Source: Anaerolineae bacterium
Lineage (GTDB): Bacteria > Chloroflexota > Anaerolineae > Aggregatilineales > Phototrophicaceae
Reading direction: 5' to 3'
Length of the DNA stretch: 64,000 nucleotides
NCBI GenBank assembly: GCA_019912965.1
Contig: JAIOHM010000159.1
Span: 55,650 to 119,649, forward strand
The notes beneath the pieces were generated by a model. That model was not told the origin of the DNA, did no database searches, and saw only the letters and a list, made by a program, of their open reading frames with translations. The translations under genes were made by a program, and so were the position numbers. Shown here piece by piece: positions 49,687-57,385 of this stretch (position 1 is the stretch's first letter; every line of letters begins with the position of its first letter).

Positions 49687-50348
49687 ACATTGAAATCAAA
49701 ATTCTGACGCTTGGCATCGCCTCCACCCACTGTTATATCGTTGCTGACACCACCACCAAAGAAGCGCTGATTATTGACCCAGTAGATAAGGCGCAGTTGA
49801 TTTTCAAAACCGCGCAGGATGCAGGTTGGACAATCAAGTTGCTGCTGGCAACCCATGCCCACTTTGATCATATTCTGGCAAGCAAGGAACTTAAGGAATT
49901 AACGGGCGCACCTTTTTATATTCATGGTGATTCACTCCCCCTGCTCCGCTCGCTGCCACAGCAGGGCGTCCGATTCGTCGGTCAGCCTTTTCCAGAAGCT
50001 GCCGAACCTGACCGCCTGTTGACAACCGAACCAGAAACAATTGAGCTTGGTTCGATCAAACTGGAAACGCTGTTTACTCCCGGTCACGCGCCGGGACACA
50101 TCAGTTTCTTCATGCCCGAAGGCGAATTGGTCTTCAGCGGCGACTGCCTGTTTGCAGGCAGCGTTGGGCGGACAGACTTACCCGGCAGCAACCATGCACG
50201 CCTTATGAAATCAATTTTTGAAAAACTGCTCCCATTGGGTGATAATGTTCGCGTTCTGCCTGGTCACATGGATTTAACGACCATTGGTAAGGAACGGGAA
50301 ACCAACCCCTTCCTATTAGAATATGCGCGTGAAATAACCAACCTGTAA
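49683..50348 (+). CDS. MBL-fold metallo-hydrolase (glyoxalase II-like)
   Basis: THAHFDH, TPGHAPG, SGDCLF..SVGRTD, PGH. Confidence 0.92.
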   Translation: MNIEIKILTLGIASTHCYIVADTTTKEALIIDPVDKAQLIFKTAQDAGWTIKLLLATHAHFDHILASKELKELTGAPFYIHGDSLPLLRSLPQQGVRFVGQPFPEAAEPDRLLTTEPETIELGSIKLETLFTPGHAPGHISFFMPEGELVFSGDCLFAGSVGRTDLPGSNHARLMKSIFEKLLPLGDNVRVLPGHMDLTTIGKERETNPFLLEYAREITNL

Positions 50349-50836
50349 TGACGCAAATCTTCAATCAGTATTCATATGTGTTCATTAGTCTGGGTGTCTT
50401 GCTGATTGCCAGCTTATTGTTGCGCATTCTGCGGGTACGCTGGCGTTATATTGCCATTACTATGACTGTTAGCAGTTTAGTACTGGGAAGTGCATGGCTT
50501 CTCGCCCGCCCTGCCCTGAGTGATGTAAACAATCTGCAAGCAGCAGAAACCCTGCTCACCAATGGCAAGCCCACATTTGTCGAGTTCTTCAGCCAATATT
50601 GTCTGGGTTGTGTTTCAGTTCGACCAGCAGTCGAAACGTTGGTAACTGAAATTGACGACCAGTTCAACATCCTGCGGGTCGATATTCACACTGAATTTGG
50701 CCGTGCCCTCCGCGAAAAATACACCTTTTCCTTCACACCTGAATTTGTGTTGTTCAATACGCAGGGTCAGGAAGTCTGGCGCGCCCATGTACCACCTTCA
50801 GATAATGAACTCAAACTGGCTCTTGGAAACTCGTAA
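50348..50836 (+). CDS. Membrane-anchored thioredoxin-fold protein
   Basis: Two TM helices, FFSQYCLGC, FTP cis-Pro. Confidence 0.8.
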   Translation: MTQIFNQYSYVFISLGVLLIASLLLRILRVRWRYIAITMTVSSLVLGSAWLLARPALSDVNNLQAAETLLTNGKPTFVEFFSQYCLGCVSVRPAVETLVTEIDDQFNILRVDIHTEFGRALREKYTFSFTPEFVLFNTQGQEVWRAHVPPSDNELKLALGNS

Positions 50837-50838
50837 CA

Positions 50839-51750
50839 ATGCACATTTTGATGATCTTTCTGGATGGCATTGGGCTTGGCGACGACGACCCTGCTACCAA
50901 TCCATTTGCTGTCGCTGACATGCCTACCTTGACCGGCCTAACCAACGGTAAACGCTGGCTTAAAAGTATAGGCCGTCAAGACAGCGCGCGATCTATATTT
51001 ATTCCGACTGATCCTCGGTTAGGCATCCCCGGCAGACCACAGAGCGCGACTGGACACGCCGCTATCCTTACCGGGCGCAATATCCCGCAGATTATCGGTG
51101 AGCATTACGGCCCAAAACCCAATCCACCCATCCGCGAACTGCTGGCTGAGGATAACTTCTTCAAGCAAGTAGTCGCACATGGCAAAAAAGCCGCCATCAT
51201 CAATGCCTACCCACCCCGCTTGCATAATGCCATCAATCGCGGGAAAAGTCTGCGTTCCGGGATTCAGCAGGCCGCCCATGAAGCGGGGCTGCCGCTGTTT
51301 GAAGATAAACACCTGTACAGCGGTGAAGCCATGAGCGAGGATTGGACGGGCGAGGCATGGCACACACACCTCGGCTATATCGATACACCCGTTTTTACGC
51401 CTTATGAATCCGGCATCCGCATGGTGGAACTCTCGCGGCACTATGACTTTGCCTTTTTCTCCCACTGGTTTACTGATACTGTCGGGCATCGCGGGCCATT
51501 TGAAGATGCTATCGGTTTGCTCGAATTATTTGATGGGGTAATGGCAGGTGCGTTGGATGCTTGGGATGACAATGAAGGCTTAATACTGGTCACCAGCGAT
51601 CACGGCAATATGGAAGCCATCGGCGATCGTCACCACACCGAAAACGATGTCCCCACGCTCATTATTGGCCGCGAGAAAACCGACTTCGCCGAAGGATTTA
51701 ACGATCTGACGGACTTTGTGCCCCGCATGGCAAAGCTGCTATTCAACTAA
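50839..51750 (+). CDS. Alkaline-phosphatase-superfamily metalloenzyme (iPGM/phosphopentomutase-like)
   Basis: FLDGIG, PQSATG, TDTVGH, TSDHGN, HT. Confidence 0.82.
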   Translation: MHILMIFLDGIGLGDDDPATNPFAVADMPTLTGLTNGKRWLKSIGRQDSARSIFIPTDPRLGIPGRPQSATGHAAILTGRNIPQIIGEHYGPKPNPPIRELLAEDNFFKQVVAHGKKAAIINAYPPRLHNAINRGKSLRSGIQQAAHEAGLPLFEDKHLYSGEAMSEDWTGEAWHTHLGYIDTPVFTPYESGIRMVELSRHYDFAFFSHWFTDTVGHRGPFEDAIGLLELFDGVMAGALDAWDDNEGLILVTSDHGNMEAIGDRHHTENDVPTLIIGREKTDFAEGFNDLTDFVPRMAKLLFN

Positions 51751-51835
51751 CTGCCCTTTCGGACAATTCCAATCGCGCTCAACAAACGCTATAGTTGAGT
51801 TTGAAATTCAACTTATCGTAATCGTGAGTAATCTA

Positions 51836-52333
51836 ATGACGATTGATTCCGAAAGTCTGCGCCAAACCATGCGGCTTTGGGCCAGTGGTGTCACGGTTGT
51901 GACTACCCAACATGGCGACCATCGTGCGGGCGTTACAGCCAGTTCATTCACTTCTGTATCCCTTGAACCACCACTGGTGCTGATCTGCCTGCAAAACTAC
52001 ATCGAAACCTTCAAACTCATCACCGAATCAAAAATTTTCGCAATTTCCATGTTGCGCGCTGATCAAACAATCCTCTCCAAACAATTCGCCGGATTCGTGC
52101 CGCTGCCAGAAGGCGAAGATCGTTTTTATGGAGTCAATCTGACGCAGGCCATCACAGGCGCACCCATTCTGGCAGATGCCATCGCATGGATGGATTGCAA
52201 ACTCCACGCCATTCATGATGTAGGCACATCACAAATTATCGTCGGAGAAGTCTTGGCAACCGGACATCAGGCGGGTCAACTTCCGCTGGTATACCACAAT
52301 CGAGGGTATTACGACATCACCCTTCAGGAATAA
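51836..52333 (+). CDS. Flavin reductase family protein
   Basis: ASGVTVVT, G.TASSFTSVSLEPPLV, GAPIL, PLVY. Confidence 0.9.
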   Translation: MTIDSESLRQTMRLWASGVTVVTTQHGDHRAGVTASSFTSVSLEPPLVLICLQNYIETFKLITESKIFAISMLRADQTILSKQFAGFVPLPEGEDRFYGVNLTQAITGAPILADAIAWMDCKLHAIHDVGTSQIIVGEVLATGHQAGQLPLVYHNRGYYDITLQE

Positions 52334-52344
52334 CTAAGCCCGCC

Positions 52345-52373
52345 TTGACGGGGGCACATCACTCATCTACAAT
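52345..52373 (+). promoter_or_regulatory. Sigma70-type promoter of the ffh operon
   Basis: TTGACG-N17-TACAAT. Confidence 0.75.
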
Positions 52374-52405
52374 TTTCTACGCCGACTTACAGGAGCAGCA
52401 TCTAC

Positions 52406-53737
52406 ATGTTTGAAAGTCTAAGCGAGCGTCTACAGGGAATCTTTGATAGCCTGGGTCGCACTGGCAAATTGACGGAGAAAGATGTCGATACCGTCATGCG
52501 CGAAGTGCGGATGGCGCTGCTTGAAGCCGATGTTGCGCTGCCCGTCGTCAAGGATTTCGTCAAACGGGTGAAGGAACGGGCAATTGGTGCAGAAGTCGCC
52601 AAAAGCCTGAAACCGGGTCAGCAAGTTGTCAAGATCGTTCATGAAGAACTGATCGAAACGCTCGGCGAATCGGCCAAGCTGAACTTTTCCGGTAGCACCA
52701 AGCCGCATGTCATTATGCTCGTTGGTTTGCAGGGTTCGGGTAAAACCACCACTGCTGCTAAATTGGCTGTCCACTTGCGGAAAGATGGTCGCCAACCGTT
52801 CATGGTCGCCGCTGACACCTATCGCCCGGCAGCCGTTGACCAGTTGGTGACGCTTGCCAAACAGATCAATGTCCCCTACCACCAGGAAGGCGTCAACGCC
52901 CGCCCCGCAGATATCTGCGTCAACGGCATCAAAGCCGCCAAAGATGCTGGTGCGGCAGTTGTCATTCTGGACACGGCAGGCCGTCTGCAAATTGACGATG
53001 ATATGATGAACGAGCTGGAAGAAATCAAGCGGCGCACCAGCCCGGTAGAAATCCTGTTGGTCGCCGACTCGATGACTGGTCAGGAAGCCGTCAATATTGC
53101 TCAGGGCTTCAACAACCGCGTGGGCGTGACGGGCTTGATTCTAACCAAGATTGATGGTGATGCACGCGGTGGTGCGGCAATTTCGATGCGTGCTGTCACC
53201 AATGTACCCATCAAGTTCTTGGGTACAGGTGAAAAGATCGACGGTTTCGAGGTATTTTACCCCGACCGTCTCGCATCGCGTATTCTCGGCATGGGCGATG
53301 TACTCAGCCTGATCGAAAAAGCTGAAGAGGCTTTCGATGAACAGGAAGCCCTGAAACTGCAAAAGAAGCTGATGGAAAATCAGTTCACCTTGCAGGATTT
53401 TCTTGAACAACTTCAGAAGATCAAGAAGATGGGGTCATTCAGTCAAATTCTAGGCATGATTCCGGGAATGGATCGGGTTCGTAACCAGATCAACCAGGAA
53501 GAAGCCGAACAACGGATGCGGCGGGTAGAGGCGATCATCAATTCGATGACCGCTGAGGAACGGAACAATCCCAAAATCCTCAATGCCAATCGTCGCAAAC
53601 GTATTGCTAAAGGCAGCGGCGTGGAAGTGCGGGACGTAAATGACGTTCTAAAGCAGTTCCGCGATATGCAGCAGTTGATGAGCCAGCTACGTAAGGGGCG
53701 TATGCCCAATTTGCCGGGTTTTCCCGGTATGCGCTAG
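52406..53737 (+). CDS. ffh: Signal recognition particle protein Ffh
   Basis: ALLEADV, GLQGSGKTT, DTAGRL, TKIDGDARGG, RILGMGD, M domain RRKRIAKGSG. Confidence 0.98.
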   Translation: MFESLSERLQGIFDSLGRTGKLTEKDVDTVMREVRMALLEADVALPVVKDFVKRVKERAIGAEVAKSLKPGQQVVKIVHEELIETLGESAKLNFSGSTKPHVIMLVGLQGSGKTTTAAKLAVHLRKDGRQPFMVAADTYRPAAVDQLVTLAKQINVPYHQEGVNARPADICVNGIKAAKDAGAAVVILDTAGRLQIDDDMMNELEEIKRRTSPVEILLVADSMTGQEAVNIAQGFNNRVGVTGLILTKIDGDARGGAAISMRAVTNVPIKFLGTGEKIDGFEVFYPDRLASRILGMGDVLSLIEKAEEAFDEQEALKLQKKLMENQFTLQDFLEQLQKIKKMGSFSQILGMIPGMDRVRNQINQEEAEQRMRRVEAIINSMTAEERNNPKILNANRRKRIAKGSGVEVRDVNDVLKQFRDMQQLMSQLRKGRMPNLPGFPGMR

Positions 53738-53839
53738 GGCCGTTGTGCCCTTCCGCTACTGGCAGTCAGTTAATTTTCGCCAGTGGCTCCCCGTTCATAG
53801 AACGCATGGGAGCGCGCATTTTTAGGAGATAACCAACAC

Positions 53840-54259
53840 ATGGTTCGCATTCGTCTGCGTCGTATCGGGCTGAAGAAGCAGCCCATCTATCGTATCGTGA
53901 TCGCTGATCAGCGCAGTTCGCGCAACGGCGGTTTCATCGAAATCGTCGGCAATCATAATCCTCGTACCGAACCGCCCACCGATCAGGTAGAAGAAGATCG
54001 CATTCTCCACTGGTTGAGCGTTGGCGCACAGCCCAGCGAAGCGGTTGTCAGTATCCTCAAACGCACCGGTACGCTGGAACGTTATGATCGGCTGAAAAAA
54101 GGCGAAACACTTGAAGTATTGGTGGCGGAAGCTGCGGCTGCGAAGGCCTCTGCGACGCCTATTAGCCCCAAGACTTCTCGTCCGGCTCCTGCTGCTGGTC
54201 AGTCGGCCAAGAAAGCCAAAGAAGCGGCTGCCATCGCAGGCGACGCCGCCGCAGAATAA
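53840..54259 (+). CDS. rpsP: 30S ribosomal protein S16 with Ala/Lys-rich C-terminal extension
   Basis: MVRIRLRRIG.KKQPIYRIV, RNG.FIE, WLSVGAQPS. Confidence 0.97.
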   Translation: MVRIRLRRIGLKKQPIYRIVIADQRSSRNGGFIEIVGNHNPRTEPPTDQVEEDRILHWLSVGAQPSEAVVSILKRTGTLERYDRLKKGETLEVLVAEAAAAKASATPISPKTSRPAPAAGQSAKKAKEAAAIAGDAAAE

Positions 54260-54267
54260 GGTAGTAC

Positions 54268-54302
54268 CAGGGGCGGGCATAGCAAAAACCCGCCCGCCCC
54301 TG
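54268..54302. repeat. GC-rich 11-bp inverted repeat between rpsP and khpA
   Basis: CAGGGGCGGGC/GCCCGCCCCTG. Confidence 0.75.
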
Positions 54303-54324
54303 ACAACAAAAGGATTGAACGTTT

Positions 54325-54552
54325 ATGGAAGAATTAATTGGTTACATCGCCCGAAGTCTGGTAGATGACCCCACGCAGGTGAAAGTCAGCCAGCGCGTCT
54401 CCAGTGGCACAGTTATTGTTGAACTACGGGTGGCGCAGGAAGATACAGGACGTGTAATCGGTAAAGGCGGTCAGGTCGCCAATGCCATGCGTTCGCTGTT
54501 GCGTGCATCGGGGGATAGCAAAGCCAACCGCGTCGTCCTCAAAATTCTGTAG
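54325..54552 (+). CDS. khpA: KH-domain RNA-binding protein KhpA
   Basis: LVDDP, GRVIGKGG; lies between rpsP and rimM. Confidence 0.9.
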   Translation: MEELIGYIARSLVDDPTQVKVSQRVSSGTVIVELRVAQEDTGRVIGKGGQVANAMRSLLRASGDSKANRVVLKIL

Positions 54553-54556
54553 GGTT

Positions 54557-55096
54557 ATGACAGACTCACTTCATCCCGACTATCTGGTCATTGGGGAAAT
54601 TTTGCGCCCACACGGCATCGTAGGCGAACTGCGAACACGCCTCCTGACGCAGCATCCAGAGCACCTGAAAGAACTGGATAGCGTTTATCTGGCGAACAGC
54701 CCTGAATCCAAAAAGGTCACAAAATATACGGTCGAAAAAGTGCGCCTGCATCAGGGATATGCCTTGTTCAAATTCGACGGCATTAATGATCGTGATGCTG
54801 CCGATAGATTGCGCCAGCTATTCGTCATGGTTGCGCTCGAAAATGCAGTTCCGTTGGATGAAGGCGAGTTTTATCTCTACCAGCTTATCGGCCTGAATGT
54901 GCAGACCGAAGATGGACTGTCGCTCGGCAAATTGACCGAAGTACTCGAAACCGGGGCAAACGATGTCTACATCGTGGACAGCCCCCGCTACGGCGAAGTA
55001 CTCATTCCTGTCACTAATGAAACCATTCTCGAAACCAACATCGAACGGGGTTTCATAACCGTCAAATTGCCAGATGGATTGCTCCCCCCTATCTAA
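54557..55096 (+). CDS. rimM: Ribosome maturation factor RimM
   Basis: IGEI.RPHG..GE, EFY.YQLIG, TGANDVY, LIP, GLL. Confidence 0.95.
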   Translation: MTDSLHPDYLVIGEILRPHGIVGELRTRLLTQHPEHLKELDSVYLANSPESKKVTKYTVEKVRLHQGYALFKFDGINDRDAADRLRQLFVMVALENAVPLDEGEFYLYQLIGLNVQTEDGLSLGKLTEVLETGANDVYIVDSPRYGEVLIPVTNETILETNIERGFITVKLPDGLLPPI

Positions 55097-55104
55097 TATC
55101 TCGC

Positions 55105-55134
55105 TTGACAATCCAAACAATCGCTTGCTATGCT
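55105..55134 (+). promoter_or_regulatory. Sigma70-type promoter of dprA-manC-topA
   Basis: TTGACA-N18-TATGCT with TG extension. Confidence 0.65.
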
Positions 55135-55162
55135 GTAATTCGTTATTGAGCAAATAGACATC

Positions 55163-56257
55163 GTGAGCGATCACAAATACTGGCTGGGTTTCAGTCTCGT
55201 GCCGGAAATCGGCATCAAACGCATTACGCTCCTGCTTAACGCATTCGGATCATTGGCAAATGCCTGGGCAGCCAGCAGCACACAACTTCAGCAGGCTGGG
55301 TTAGATCAAACACCGATTGCCAATCTGCTCCGTTTCCGAAAACAACTTGACCTCGATGCCGAGATGGCGAAGGTGGAACGCAGCGGAGCATGGATGCTCC
55401 CTCTAAAAGATGACCGTTACCCTGCCTTGCTCGCAAAACAACCAGACTCGCCACCCGTATTGTATATCCGGGGAACGCTCACATCGCAAGATGAACGGGC
55501 ATTGAGCATGGTCGGCACGCGCAAAGCCACAACTTACGGGCGAGACGCAGCCTATCATCTGGCAAAAAATCTGGTCAAGCACGATGTAACTATCATTAGC
55601 GGGCTGGCACATGGTATCGACAGCGCCGCCCATCGAGGCGCACTGGAAGGCGGCGGGCGAACAATTGCGGTTCTGGGTTGTGGGATAGACAAAATCTACC
55701 CCAGTGACAACACCAAACTGGCACACCAGATTATCGAACAGGGAGCACTTATCAGCGAGTTTCCGATTGGAATGCCGCCCGAATCACGTAATTTTCCGCG
55801 CCGCAACCGCGTCATCAGTGGGCTGTCTCTGGGAGTGCTGGTGGTAGAAGCCCCGGAAAAAAGTGGCGCAATGATTACCGCGTCCGTCGCTGCCGAGCAG
55901 GGTCGAGAGGTATTCGCTGTACCAGGCAACATATTCAGCCCAGCCAGTACGGGAACCAATCGGCTAATCCAGGATGGCGCGAAATTAGTGACGAATGTGA
56001 ATGATATTCTGAATGAGTTAAACATTACACAGAATGCCTTTGAAACCCGTACCATCACAGAAAAAATCGCGCCGTCTACCGATCTTGAAGAAAATATACT
56101 GGAACATCTGGGTTTAGACCCAATCCATGTGGATGAAATCGTGCGGCTGTCTGGTTTGCCAGTCGCCACTATCAGCAGTACCCTTACGATATTAGAACTC
56201 AAGGGACTTGCGCGAAGCGTTGGACATATGCAATATTGCCTTGTACCTGATATGTAG
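55163..56257 (+). CDS. dprA: DNA-processing protein DprA
   Basis: VGTRKAT.YG, ISGLAHGID..AH, FPRRNRVISGLS, VVEA..KSG, GREVFAVPG. Confidence 0.96.
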   Translation: MSDHKYWLGFSLVPEIGIKRITLLLNAFGSLANAWAASSTQLQQAGLDQTPIANLLRFRKQLDLDAEMAKVERSGAWMLPLKDDRYPALLAKQPDSPPVLYIRGTLTSQDERALSMVGTRKATTYGRDAAYHLAKNLVKHDVTIISGLAHGIDSAAHRGALEGGGRTIAVLGCGIDKIYPSDNTKLAHQIIEQGALISEFPIGMPPESRNFPRRNRVISGLSLGVLVVEAPEKSGAMITASVAAEQGREVFAVPGNIFSPASTGTNRLIQDGAKLVTNVNDILNELNITQNAFETRTITEKIAPSTDLEENILEHLGLDPIHVDEIVRLSGLPVATISSTLTILELKGLARSVGHMQYCLVPDM

Positions 56258-56281
56258 AGCCATCAAACAGAGAGATACATC

Positions 56282-57367
56282 ATGGAACATTATTATGCAA
56301 TGATTATGGCGGGTGGCGGTGGAACACGTCTGTGGCCGATGAGCCGCCAGGATACGCCGAAACAGGTTTTGTCGCTGGTTGAAGAAACTTCCATGTTCAA
56401 AACCAGCGTTGACCGTCTGGCTCCGCTGTTCGCGCCGGATCAAATCTATGTTGTGACCGGACGCAAATTTATGGAACAACTCCGTGCCCACGCGCCGGAA
56501 ATTCCAGCCCAGAACTTCATCATTGAACCCTATGCAAAAAACACTGCACCAGCCGCCGCGCTCGGCATCACGGTCATTCATCACCGCGATCCACAAGCAA
56601 CCATAGCCATCCTGACATCCGACCACCACATCTCAAAGAAAGATGCCTTCCGTGATGTCTTGACTGCTGGTTATGAATTGGCGCAGCAGGGGTACATTGC
56701 AACCCTCGGCATCTCACCTTCCTATCCGGCGACTGGCTTTGGTTATATCAGACAAGGCGAGGAACTGGGTAAATTCAACGGCTTCACCGCCTACACATCA
56801 CTCGGCTTTACCGAAAAGCCCAACGCGGTCACAGCAACATCCTTCCTGGCCTCTGGAGAATACACCTGGAACTCCGGCATGTTTATCTGGAAAGCCAGTC
56901 AGGCATTAGACGAATTTAAACGCCAGCAGCCCGCCATGCATGCCTTGTTTGTAGACCAACTTGTGCCAGCCATCGATACTAATGAATTTGAAGCCCGCCT
57001 TCAGGAAATTTGGGACGAACTCAAAGATATTTCCATCGACTATGCTGTCATGGAAGGCGCAGAAAATATGGCTGTTATCCCGATAGATATCGGCTGGAAT
57101 GATGTCGGCAGTTGGGATGCTATGTTTGAGGTATTGAAGCTGGATAAGTTCGGTAATGGCTTCAAAGGCCGTCAACCTGAACGGGTGATACTGGACACCA
57201 GGAACACACTGGTTTACAGTGATAAACTCATTGTCACCATCGGCTTGGAAAATATTATCATCATCGAAACACCAGATGCATTGATGGTTTGCCACAAAGA
57301 TCGCACGCAGGATGTAAAAGAAGTTGTCAATCACCTGCTGAGGACGAAGAATTATAAATATCTATAG
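56282..57367 (+). CDS. manC: Mannose-1-phosphate guanylyltransferase (no isomerase domain)
   Basis: MAGGGGTRLWPMSR..PKQ, EP..KNTAPA, SDH, FTEKP, WNSGMF, SIDYAVME, WNDVGSW. Confidence 0.93.
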   Translation: MEHYYAMIMAGGGGTRLWPMSRQDTPKQVLSLVEETSMFKTSVDRLAPLFAPDQIYVVTGRKFMEQLRAHAPEIPAQNFIIEPYAKNTAPAAALGITVIHHRDPQATIAILTSDHHISKKDAFRDVLTAGYELAQQGYIATLGISPSYPATGFGYIRQGEELGKFNGFTAYTSLGFTEKPNAVTATSFLASGEYTWNSGMFIWKASQALDEFKRQQPAMHALFVDQLVPAIDTNEFEARLQEIWDELKDISIDYAVMEGAENMAVIPIDIGWNDVGSWDAMFEVLKLDKFGNGFKGRQPERVILDTRNTLVYSDKLIVTIGLENIIIIETPDALMVCHKDRTQDVKEVVNHLLRTKNYKYL

Positions 57368-57385
57368 GGACGGCCTGTAAACCGA

